NCBI GenBank assembly: GCA_002269645.1
Contig: NIVC01004546.1
Location: forward strand, 1-42,436
Origin: Macrostomum lignano
Taxonomy: Eukaryota
Direction: 5' to 3'
Length of the DNA: 42,436 nt
This document shows, piece after piece, positions 12,601 to 21,495 of the stretch. Both the position numbers and the translations under genes were made by a program. Every line of letters begins with the position of its first letter. Position 1 is the stretch's first letter. The notes under the pieces are model-generated. The model did no database searches. It saw only the letters and a list, made by a program, of their open reading frames with translations, and was not told where the DNA came from.

Positions 12601-15575
12601 AGACAGCAAGCATCCCCCCAGATAGAAAGAATCTGCTAGATAGTAAGCATCCACCAGATAGCAAGCATCCCCCAATAGCAAGCATCTACCAGATAGCAAG
12701 CATCCCCTAAAGCAAGTATCCCCTTGAAAGCAAGCATCCCAGCGATAGCAAGCATCCCCTGATAGCAAGCATCTCTCAATAGCAAGCATCCCTCAGATAG
12801 CAAGCATCCCCCAGATAACAAGCATCCCCTAGATAGCAAGCATCCCCCAGATAGCAAGCATCCCCCAGATAGCAAGTATCCCCCCAAAAGCAAGCATCTC
12901 CCAATACAGAGATATATAGATAGATAAGATAGATAGATAGATAAATAGATTGATAGATAGATAGATAGATGATAGATAGATAAGATAGATAGATAGATAG
13001 ATAGGATAGATAGATAGATAGATAGATAGATAAGATAGGTAAATATAATTTTGCTGCATTAGCAGTCCAGTCTGTTTAGGTCTAGGCTGGCTTTCATTGA
13101 AGTTATAAATGAATTTGTTGCATTCAACCAGTGAGTTTTTTCTCTAGCATTCTTATAATGCATTTCAAGTTGAATAGTTTGCTTGACTTTTGCAAAAAGC
13201 ATGTTTTTTGAATATTTAATCCCTTTAACATGGAGCAATTTTTTAGCCAAGATGCATGCACCATCACGGGAAAATTTCTGATCAAACAATGCAAATTTGA
13301 AGAAAATTGGTCTAGCCATTTTTTCTCTAATTGATTGCATACAAACAAACAAACAAACAAACAAACAACTCATTTTTAGTATATGGAGAAATTAGTTTAA
13401 TTTTTTGCTAAGAGTATTAATTTTGCATCATATTTTTTTTAGGATTAACTTAAGTTTGTTTAAATTGAAAATATTCATAATATTTTAAAATTACTTTTTC
13501 GTACAAAGCCTTTCTTAGAAAACTCTACTCTGAAAACCAAATTACGTTTTTTAGGAATTTTTGGCATACATTTTATTTTTAACGCAACATTTTGTTTTTG
13601 GCATACACTGGCATACAAAGGGTTGACAGTCGTTTTGTCTGCCGCCAGTTTGTCTGCCACCCTTTCATCTGCAAGAATATGATACAGTCGTTTTGTCTGC
13701 CAACGAATAGTAAAGTTTTAATAAGTGTAAATATGTCAGTTGTTGTCATTAATTTGAGATTTGAGATATTTGAGATAACAGTGATTAAGATATTGGGATC
13801 ATTTCTTAGTAGTAATGACTTAAACGAGTAATTTTTGAATATTTTTGTTTATATTTAATAAACTACACAATTGAACGAATTCAATGCATTTTCATCATGA
13901 TATGGCATGACGCCATACTATCTCTTAACCATCTCAAAGCTTCAAAGCTCAAAAGCAATTAGTCGAGTTAGAATTTATTTTACTTATTATAAGTAAGTTA
14001 CACACGCACAAATTATAAATCCCATTTACAGCTCACTACGTAGATTCAATTAAAGCTTATATACGAATAATTGTATTTCTTGGAAACATTGCGATAAGCA
14101 AAAATAAAATACATAGACTACATCTAATTCTAAATCTGAAAATTACTAGTAAATTCTACTTATTAAAAATAAACTATTAATTAATTTCAGCCATTTATAA
14201 AACTTATTTTGCTACTTATTTTAAAAAGTCATTTTGTCTGCTGGCAGACAAAAAGGCGGCAGATGAAATGACCACGCACCGTACAAAGTCCTTGATGACC
14301 AAATTTGGTCTGGAGTACACAGATACATGATCTGCACATTGGGCCATAGGCACCTATTTTACCATATTTGCCATAGGATCCTGTAGCCATAGCTATGGCT
14401 ATGGCAGAACACTAAATAATGTACTCTACTAAGTTCTATTGAATGTTGGAATTTTCTGGCATACATGTATACTATTCAGTCTAGCAACAATGTTCTTACT
14501 TTTTTAGCATATATCAGGATATATCCCAACATACATGATAGCAGATACATTGTGTCAAATGATATATTTTTGTATTGACATACAAACCTAATATAAAAAT
14601 AAGATCTTGTCATTTTTTCTGGCATTAAACTTGGTATACACTAATAGTAATACACAATCTAAACTATGGGACTTATGATAGACATTTTTTTAGAAATTTA
14701 TATGCAAAGTTGAGTGACCTCAACTAAGAATAAAGAAAAAAATTATTTATTGATATACCATTGCAAATATTAAATTTTTCTGGCATTCTATATTACACTT
14801 ATGCCATGGTAAGATAGGGAATTTATAAAAGTTATATATATTTTAAATATAAATATTACAAAGATTAAACAACAAATGAATTATAAGTGTTGATAACTTT
14901 TAATATCTTAATACTAATATAACCCTTTTTTGTCCTAGACCTAAGTTGTAGATGCTGCTATTATAGTTTTGCTTTATTTTGACGAGTTGCATTCTTAAAA
15001 GTATAGTATTAGGAAATTAGGTTGCCTCTCAAAAAATTCTGGATAAGTGCCTGCACCCTGCACTACAGGGGCAGACCAAGGGGGGGGGGGGCCAATGGGG
15101 GCCATGGCTCCCCCTCAGCTCTGCCAAAAAATCCTTGGATGTATACAGTATACAGTAGATGTATTACAAAAGAATGGGCTTAGGATATTGGTACCCTAAT
15201 TGCAGCTCTGGCCTGACCAGACGTGAGGCTTGCCCCCCCCCTCGATAAAATCCTGGGTCCACCCCTGCTGCACTATTCTGTAGAGGGGCTAGTAAAAAAT
15301 ACACTGTAATGTAATAAAATTGTACTGAGTCATATTGAGTGCTGCTTAATATTGAGTGTTACATAAAGTTAATATTCAAAATTTAATGCACTTAATTCGT
15401 TAACCCCACGAACTAGGCACGAAGCGAAATAAAAATGTTTTGCCAATACAAAATACAACTTACACTTTGCCGCCACAATGTTGCTTTCACGAATTTGTGA
15501 TGGCTTGCTCCTTCCTTCATAATCTGCCTTAGATTGTTTTGCAGGTGCGGTTGATTTTGCGGCTGCTTTGCTCAT
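6671..15575 (-). CDS. CCT4: T-complex protein 1 subunit delta (chaperonin CCT4), about 535 aa, 7 exons; apparent 1-nt frameshift in exon 6
   Basis: Exons complement(15464..15575, 10729..10781, 10370..10651, 9031..9690, 8190..8320, 7479..7826, 6671..6691). Motifs [79 protein letters not shown]. The last exon (IQCIRG*) is inferred from a strong cattttcag acceptor and is less certain. Confidence 0.95.
7029..7378. repeat. 22-bp minisatellite, CCT4 last intron
   Basis: Unit TCTAGAGGAACAGAGGGGAT(T/C)A. Confidence 0.95.
7942..8018 (-). ncRNA. SNORD25: Box C/D snoRNA, SNORD25/snR56-like, copy A (CCT4 intron 5)
   Basis: C box ATGATGA 8010-8004; guide CACAGACCTGTT complementary over 12 nt to conserved 18S AACAGGUCUGUG; D' TTGA; C'-like TGCTGA; D box CTGA 7949-7946; terminal stem TAGTCA/TGACTA. 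Confidence 0.8.
8064..8155 (-). ncRNA. SNORD25: Box C/D snoRNA, SNORD25/snR56-like, copy B (CCT4 intron 5)
   Basis: C box GTGATGA 8145-8139; guide ACAGACCTGTT 8133-8123; D' TTGA 8122-8119; D box CTGA 8080-8077; flanking stem AGCGCAT/ATGCGCT; internal hairpin CATAAATT-cag-AATTTATG. Confidence 0.78.
8425..8497 (-). ncRNA. SNORD25: Box C/D snoRNA, SNORD25/snR56-like, copy C (CCT4 intron 4)
   Basis: C box ATGATGA 8492-8486; guide ACAGACCTGTT 8480-8470; D' TTGA 8469-8466; D box CTGA 8433-8430, about 110 nt upstream of the 3' splice site. Confidence 0.78.
8577..8997. repeat. 24-bp minisatellite, CCT4 intron 4
   Basis: Unit CCCCATATTGCAGTCACTGTCAC(T/C/A). Confidence 0.95.
9850..10270. repeat. 20-bp minisatellite with 39-bp dimeric variants, CCT4 intron 3
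   Basis: CTCCAATCGCACTGTATGA(T/C); dimer CCCAATCGAGCTATATAACCTCCAATCGCACTGTACGAC. Confidence 0.92.
12588..13038. repeat. 18-bp minisatellite grading into a (GATA)n microsatellite, CCT4 intron 1
   Basis: GATAGCAAGCATCCCCCA at 12588-12903, then GATA at about 12908-13038. Confidence 0.92.
13120..13370. repeat. Dispersed repeat (about 220 bp) followed by (CAAA)n; inverted copy at 40638-40850
   Basis: Reverse complement aligns with 40638-40850 (shared GATCAGAAATTTTCC, CATGCATCTTGGCTAA, GTTAAAGGGATTAAATATTC, AAGAATGCTAGAGAAAAAACT). Confidence 0.85.
13620..14281. mobile_element. Candidate non-autonomous DNA element with imperfect compound inverted ends
   Basis: Left GTCGTTTTGTCTGCCGCCAGTTTGTCTGCC versus right (reverse complement) GTCATTTCATCTGCCGCCTTTTTGTCTGCC; TACAAA occurs on both flanks; outermost bases are degenerate. 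Confidence 0.45.
15066..15267. mobile_element. Non-autonomous hAT-like MITE, 202 bp, in CCT4 intron 1
   Basis: TIRs CAGGGGCAGACCAAG / CAGGGGTGGACCCAG (reverse complement of right end), with G-runs; perfect 8-bp TSD CTGCACTA at 15058-15065 and 15268-15275. Confidence 0.85.
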
Positions 15576-16327
15576 TTTTAATTGATATAATGGGTAAGTG
15601 GATACTTATGAATAATCTGCGCAATGCTCAGCTTGTGAATATGAATGACCACTCAACACGAATGCCAATGTAAAATACAGTTGTCAAAGCATTTTCAGTG
15701 TAATTGAATTAACAAATTTTTTATGGTTAATCTAAAATAATATGAAGACAAAGTATTCGTTTTCCCAAATTAGGTAAATTGTTTTTTTGTTCTTTATCTA
15801 AGAAGACTTAGTATTATTGTGTCTGGCCAGATCCATCGTTGTATTGTACTCTAAACGAACCATTTTAAAGTAATTGTGCAAAACACTTTATTATTCATAA
15901 AATCATAGCATCATTGGTTTCTTATGCCGATGCTGTTACCACCTGGATGCAAGGACGACCTTGATTTGTCTTCTTAAAACTAAAAATGTAAAATTGGTAA
16001 TGGTCCTTATAAATGAAATCCAACTCGACACGGTATTTACGAGAGCTAATGCAGTGCGTATGCGTATACATTGTATATAACATAAAACACTTTTGAAATT
16101 ATTTTAATGTCCAAAAATAGTATAGAAAAACATATTAATCAATTTGCGAAAATTTCATTAAACTTTATGCCTTTCTCAATCTACACGTAGCTGTGGTTGA
16201 AAAATCCTAACAATAAAATTCATGCAGTGTCTACCTTTATATACATTTACATATATGTAAATTTACGTCTACAAGTACATGTAATTGTGACTTATTAGCA
16301 CGAATTTAAAATTTCCGGCACCTACTG

Positions 16328-16785
16328 GTGCGCTACCGCGGCACAAGTCGCTGCCCGAGGAGAAGGTTCTCAAGACGAGGAAGCGGGCCTGCCTATCGGC
16401 TTCATCCGGCTGCTGGAAGTTTGCCAAAGTCCAAGTCCCAAAGTCCCAAAGTCCCAAAGTCCAAGACCAACCAGTTCGGGTCGACGCCGCATGTCGTTCT
16501 TCTGCCACCTGTCCAAGAGTCACCGCTCTGCCCTGTGCGCGCCCTGCGGTCTCACCTGCACCAGTCACCAGCCAGCGACTCAAGGACGCCGCTTTTCGGC
16601 TACGGCCACGGAGGCGAGCTCTCAGCCAGCCAGCTAACATCAGCTGCCTTCGTGCGTGTCTATAGCTGCGTCCAGCGAGGGGGTGCCAGCTTCTGCCTTC
16701 AAATTGGCTTGTAAAAGACTCGGACATTCGGGTCTTTGGAGGCTGAAGATCGGACGCCGTTTTTCTGCCAGGCCTATCCTGTCTC
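16328..16785 (+). pseudogene. Degenerate tyrosine recombinase of a DIRS/Ngaro-type retrotransposon (or Crypton)
   Basis: Motifs SKTNQFG, LCPVRAL, PLF, YS..QRGGASF..QIG, then after a frameshift IRVFGG*RSDAVF (W codon changed to TGA at 16744). A short CCAAAGTC tandem interrupts it near 16425-16465. Confidence 0.75.
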
Positions 16786-17211
16786 ACCGCTAGCGCTCCA
16801 CTTCTTTATTTGCTTCGCAGTTGCAGGCAGCATCCACCTAACTCTGCTTTCCCGCTTTTACTCCTTCCTTTCCACTTTGTTGGGGTTGGGATCCGCTTTC
16901 TCGGCCACTGCCAGCTTTTTCGCAACCGCTCTGACTTGTTTGGCTCCTTCGGGCCCGTCGCAAAAAACGAGTCACAATTCTGCGATACAATAAAAGAGCG
17001 CATAAAAGTATAATAAAGTACAGAGAGTAGCATATAGAAATTTTTGTAAGTAGAGTTATCCAATAGGATATCCCTGCGCCGTCACAAACTAAAAAATAGG
17101 ATGTACCTTTTGTACTCGTAGATAATGCTTTGTAGGAATAACTACCATTAGATATTCAAAATTACATGTACCATCGGTGACACACTACATAACTATAGCT
17201 GATAATGTAAA

Positions 17212-20200
17212 TCAGTTCTGATCCAGAAGCTCCTGCTGATCATCTTCGGCGAGCTGAGGAGAGCAGAACTGTGACTCGACTGTGTACAGGCCGGCCACTC
17301 CACAGTGCCTGGCATTGATGAGAGCCACGAAGTTTCTGAGCCGGTAGATCTCGGCGCAGTCGGTGAACTCGGCCAGCAGGATGTGCGTGAAGGAGCAGCG
17401 GGACACGGCCCGGCGGTAGAAGCTGATGCGCCTCAGGCTGGACAGCTGGCGCGGTTGCAGGCTGCGCAGGATAAACTCGGCGCCGCTCCATTGGCGCCAG
17501 TTGGCTTCGAGTTGTTTAGCGTTGCCTAGCAACCGGCAGCTGACAACGATGTAGGCCGAGGCTGGCGACAACGGGCGTCGGCAGCGGTTGGAAGCGCCGG
17601 CATCGTTCGGGTCCATCCAGATGGTGTGCAGCTCGCTGAAGCCGCCTGAGCATTCGGGTGGTGCATTGATGGAATGAAACCAAGCTTGGGGTGTCCAGAG
17701 AGCAATTATTGAGTGTCTATAGAGTGATTCTTGGGGTGTCTAGAGAGTGATTATTGATCAGAGAGTGATTATTGAGGTGTCTATAGAGTGATTCTTGGGG
17801 TGTCTAGAGAGTGATTATTGATCAGAAAGTGATTATTGAGGTGTCTATAGAGTGATTATTAAATCTCCAGAGAGTGATTATTGAGTTTCTATAGAGCGAT
17901 TATTGGGGTGTTTATGGAGTGATTATTTTGGGTGTCAATAGAGTGATTATTGGGGTGTCTATAGAGTGATTATTGGGGTGTCTATGGAGTGATTATTGGG
18001 GTGTCTATGGAGTGATTATTGGGGTGTCTATGGGGTGATTATTGGGGTGTCAATAGAGTGATTATTGGCCATCCAATATTTACACATGCATGCAAGAGGA
18101 TCGCTCACCTTGATGATGCACCTGGTTGTCACCGTGACCTTCCCGAATCACCTTCACCCAGGTCGGGTCGTGAATGAAGTTGCTGGTCGGCGGCTGCACG
18201 TGTAAAACCGAGTAGCTCAGGTAGGGAAATCGGTCTGGGGGAGTGAGATGAAGAGATGACCAGGTCTTGGTTACCAAAAATATAAACTGGAAAGTGATTC
18301 TAGGAATAGGAGAGTGATTCTAGGAATTAGATAGAGATTCTAGGAATTAGAAAGGGATTCTAGGAATTAGATAGAGATTCTAGGAATTGAATGTGATTCT
18401 AGGAATTAGAGAGTGATACTAGGAATTGGAGAGTGTTTCCAGGAGTTAGAGAGTGATTCTAGGTATTGGAGAGTGTTTCCAGGAATTGGAGAGTTTCCAG
18501 GAATTGGAGAGTGATTTCAGGAATTGGAGAGTGTTTCCAGGAATTAGAGAGTGATTCCAGGAATTGGAGAGTGTTTCCAGGTATTGGAGAGTGATTTCAG
18601 GAATTGGAGAGTGTTTCCAGGAATTAGAGAGTGATTCCAGGAGTTAGAGAGTGTTTCCAGGAATTAGAGAGTGATTCCAGGAATTGGAGAGTGTTTCCAG
18701 GAATTGGAGAGTGATTTCAGGAATTGGAGAGTGTTTCCAGGAATTAGAGAGTGATTCCAGGAGTTAGAGAGTGATTTCAGGAATTGGAGAGTGATTTCAG
18801 GAATTGGAGAGTGATTTCAGGAATTGGAGAGTGTTTCCAGGAATTAGAGAGTGATTCCAGGAATTGGAGAGTGTTTCCAGGTATTGGAGAGTTTCCAGGA
18901 ATTGGAGAGTGATTTCAGGAATTGGAGAGTGTTTCCAGGAATTAGAGAGTGATTCCAGGAGTTAGAGAGTGATTTCAGGAATTGGAGAGTGATTTCAGGA
19001 ATTGGAGAGTGATTTCAGGAATTGGAGAGTGTTTCCAGGAATTAGAGTGATTCCAGGTATTGGAGAGTGTTTCCAGGTATTGGAGAGTGTTTCCAGGAAT
19101 TGGAGAGTGATTTCAGGAATTGGAGAGTGTTTCCAGGAATTAGAGTGATTCCAGGTATTGGAGAGTGTTTCCAGGTATTGGAGAGTGTTTCCAGGTATTG
19201 GGGAGTGTTTCCAGGTATTGGAGAGTGTTTCCAGGTATTGGAGAGTGTTTCCAGGTATTGGGGAGTGTTTCCAGGTATTGGGGAGTGTTTCCAGGTATTG
19301 GGGAGTGTTTCCAGGTATTGGAGAGTGTTTCCAGGTATTGGAGAGTGTTTCCAGGTATTGGAGAGTGTTTCCAGGTATTGGGGAGTGTTTCCAGGTATTG
19401 GAGAGTGTTTCCAGGAGTTAGAGAGTGTTTCCAGGAGTTAGAGAGTGTTTCCAGGAGTTAGAGAGTGTTTTCAGGAGTTAGAGAGTGTTTCCAGGAGTTA
19501 GAGAGTGATTACAGGAGTTAGAGAGTGTTTTCAGGAGTTAGAGAGTGATTATGGGAATAAGAGAGTGATTCTAGAAAGTGGACAATGATTCTAAGAATCT
19601 GATAGCAACCTCTTGCTACAGGCCAATATCATCAGGTAGTATTAATTTTTTCACAAACCGAATGGCTCGACATTTTTTAGCAGCAGCCCGTTGAGAAACT
19701 GCGGATGCAGCTCCATCACTTTGGACACGTGCTGAAAACCCTCTTGAAAGGTGCGAAAGCTCGGAGGCGGAGTGATGGTCTCGAAGAAATTGAATATAAA
19801 GTACAGGTTGTCCGATGATGTTGGAGTCTGGCTTTCGTGCTGAGGGATTCATGAGAATTGAGCTTTACGAGTTGGTTCAGTGACTCACAAGGAGGTTTGG
19901 AGGGAATTCTTAAGGGGAGTTGGAGGGCGATTCTCATGGGGGTAAAACAGGCGATTCTCAAGGGCGTTTGGAGAGTGATTCTCAGGGGAGTTTGGAGGGC
20001 GATTCTCAAAATGGTTAGAGGTAAATGTACATGGCAGTTCCTAATAGAAATTATTGGTTTCCCAGAGGAAACCTTGCTCACCGAAAACGTGACCTTCTTT
20101 GCCATCTGTCTGGCAGCGTCGATTCTCCAGAGACGCTCGTTGTCGCCGCCGCTGGAGCCGTCCTTGGAGCCGCTGTCGCCTCCGCTACCAACCGGCAGCA

Positions 20201-20298
20201 TTGTTGATGCTCTTCTGCCCTGGTGCTGTTGCTGGTTTCTGTTTGTCTTTCTGCTTCTGCCTCGACCAAGAAACGGTCGGCATTTATGTACGCAGTAG
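17212..20298 (-). CDS. Uncharacterised protein, 5' end unresolved (recalls the animal DUF7153-type family; unverified)
   Basis: Phase-consistent GT-AG exons complement(20082..20298, 19659..19731, 18109..18234, 17212..17645) give ...HVSKVMELHPQFLNGLLLKNVEPFDRFPYLSYSVL...QGGFSELHTIW...LEANWRQWSGAEFIL...LRRISFYRRAVS..FTHILLAEF...ARHCGVAGLYTV. GC3-rich codons. Start is either ATG 20201 or an upstream exon near 20340-20700. Confidence 0.7.
17690..18066. repeat. 23-bp intronic minisatellite
   Basis: Unit AGAGTGATTATTGGGGTGTCTAT. Confidence 0.92.
18295..19575. repeat. 20-bp intronic minisatellite, about 1.3 kb, with variant blocks
   Basis: Unit CCAGG(A/T)ATT(G/A)GAGAGTG(T/A)TT. Confidence 0.95.
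19878..20010. repeat. Degenerate about 24-bp intronic repeat
   Basis: GGAG(G/A)G(C/T)GATTCTCA(A/G)GGG..TT(T), about 5 copies. Confidence 0.7.
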
Positions 20299-21190
20299 CT
20301 GGGGAAGAACGGGAAGGAATCCCAGTTCGTGTGCTTTTACTGCTGCCTTAACGAGTCCAGGGGAGCGGGTCTGACACAGGAGGAGGAGGAGCACACTTCC
20401 CTCAAACGATTCCATAGTCTGGCTCTGGGCACATGGCAACTAAGAGTGCTCACACCTTGAGTCCTGAGCAGAGTGGAACAACTGCTGATTTTTAGGGAGA
20501 ATTGAAGCAATGCTTCACTTATTTGGCTTAGGCTTGAATTTTCCACCCAGGAGAAAATAAAGGGGCGTTGCCGGCTGCAAATCTCTGCTTCTATTGCACG
20601 TCTGCCCAACCCCTTCCTCATTCTGACTGTAGTACTTGGCGAGATCCGCTTTAGTTGCACAAAAATCCCCGCCGAGCTCCCGGCTCCACAGCTCGCTGCT
20701 CAGCAGAAGGGGGGATTTTTCTCCCCTAAAGACCGGCAGGCAGACTGAAAGACCAGTTTGAACGGATTTAAAAAAATAGAGAATGAAAAGCAGCCCTCGC
20801 ACACAGGCTGATTTTGTAATCTTCATATTACAATTCTGGATGGAGTAAAACTTGGCATACTACTCACTCAGTGCCGTGTTCAGTAGCGTCTCGTGGTTCA
20901 GAATATTTAGATTTTTAGAATATCTTTTACAAGAAATTCAATTAAGAAAACAGAAATAAAAAACTATTTTAAAAATTGAAACAATAAAAAAATGTCAAAG
21001 TACATGCGCTGGTGAGGGACAGTGGAACGGAGCTTTGGTTTACAAACGACAGGCTTTCATGTACTCATAAACAAAGCATTACTCATACATCAATGCAGTT
21101 TTTGCTGTGAGGCGAAAAAGTCCGGTTTCAGATTTTTCTAAATAATTCTGACCACAATAAAAACGAAAGCTTAATTGGGAAAAATTTAAG

Positions 21191-21436
21191 TTGGGAAAAC
21201 ACTGCAGGCCAAGCCAGAAATCCCAAATTGTGAGATTTCCAATAGGGAAAACTGCAGGCTAAGCCAGAAATCCCAAATTGGGAGAATTACAATAGGGAAA
21301 ACTGCAGACCAAGCCAGAAATCCCAAATTGTGAGAATTCCAATAGGGAAAACTGCAGACCAAGCCAGAAATCCCAAATTGGGAGAATTCTAATGGGGAAA
21401 ACTGCAGACCAAGCAAGAAATCCCAAATTGGGAGAA
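21191..21436. repeat. 50-bp tandem repeat x5 downstream of the TTC12 stop
   Basis: GGGAAAACTGCAG(A/G)C(C/T)AAGCCAGAAATCCCAAATTG(G/T)GAGAATTCCAATA. Confidence 0.92.
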
Positions 21437-21495
21437 CTTAGTTTGGAAAAAGTATACGGAAGATTTGAAAATTTGGGGAATTCAAAAAGGGGAAG

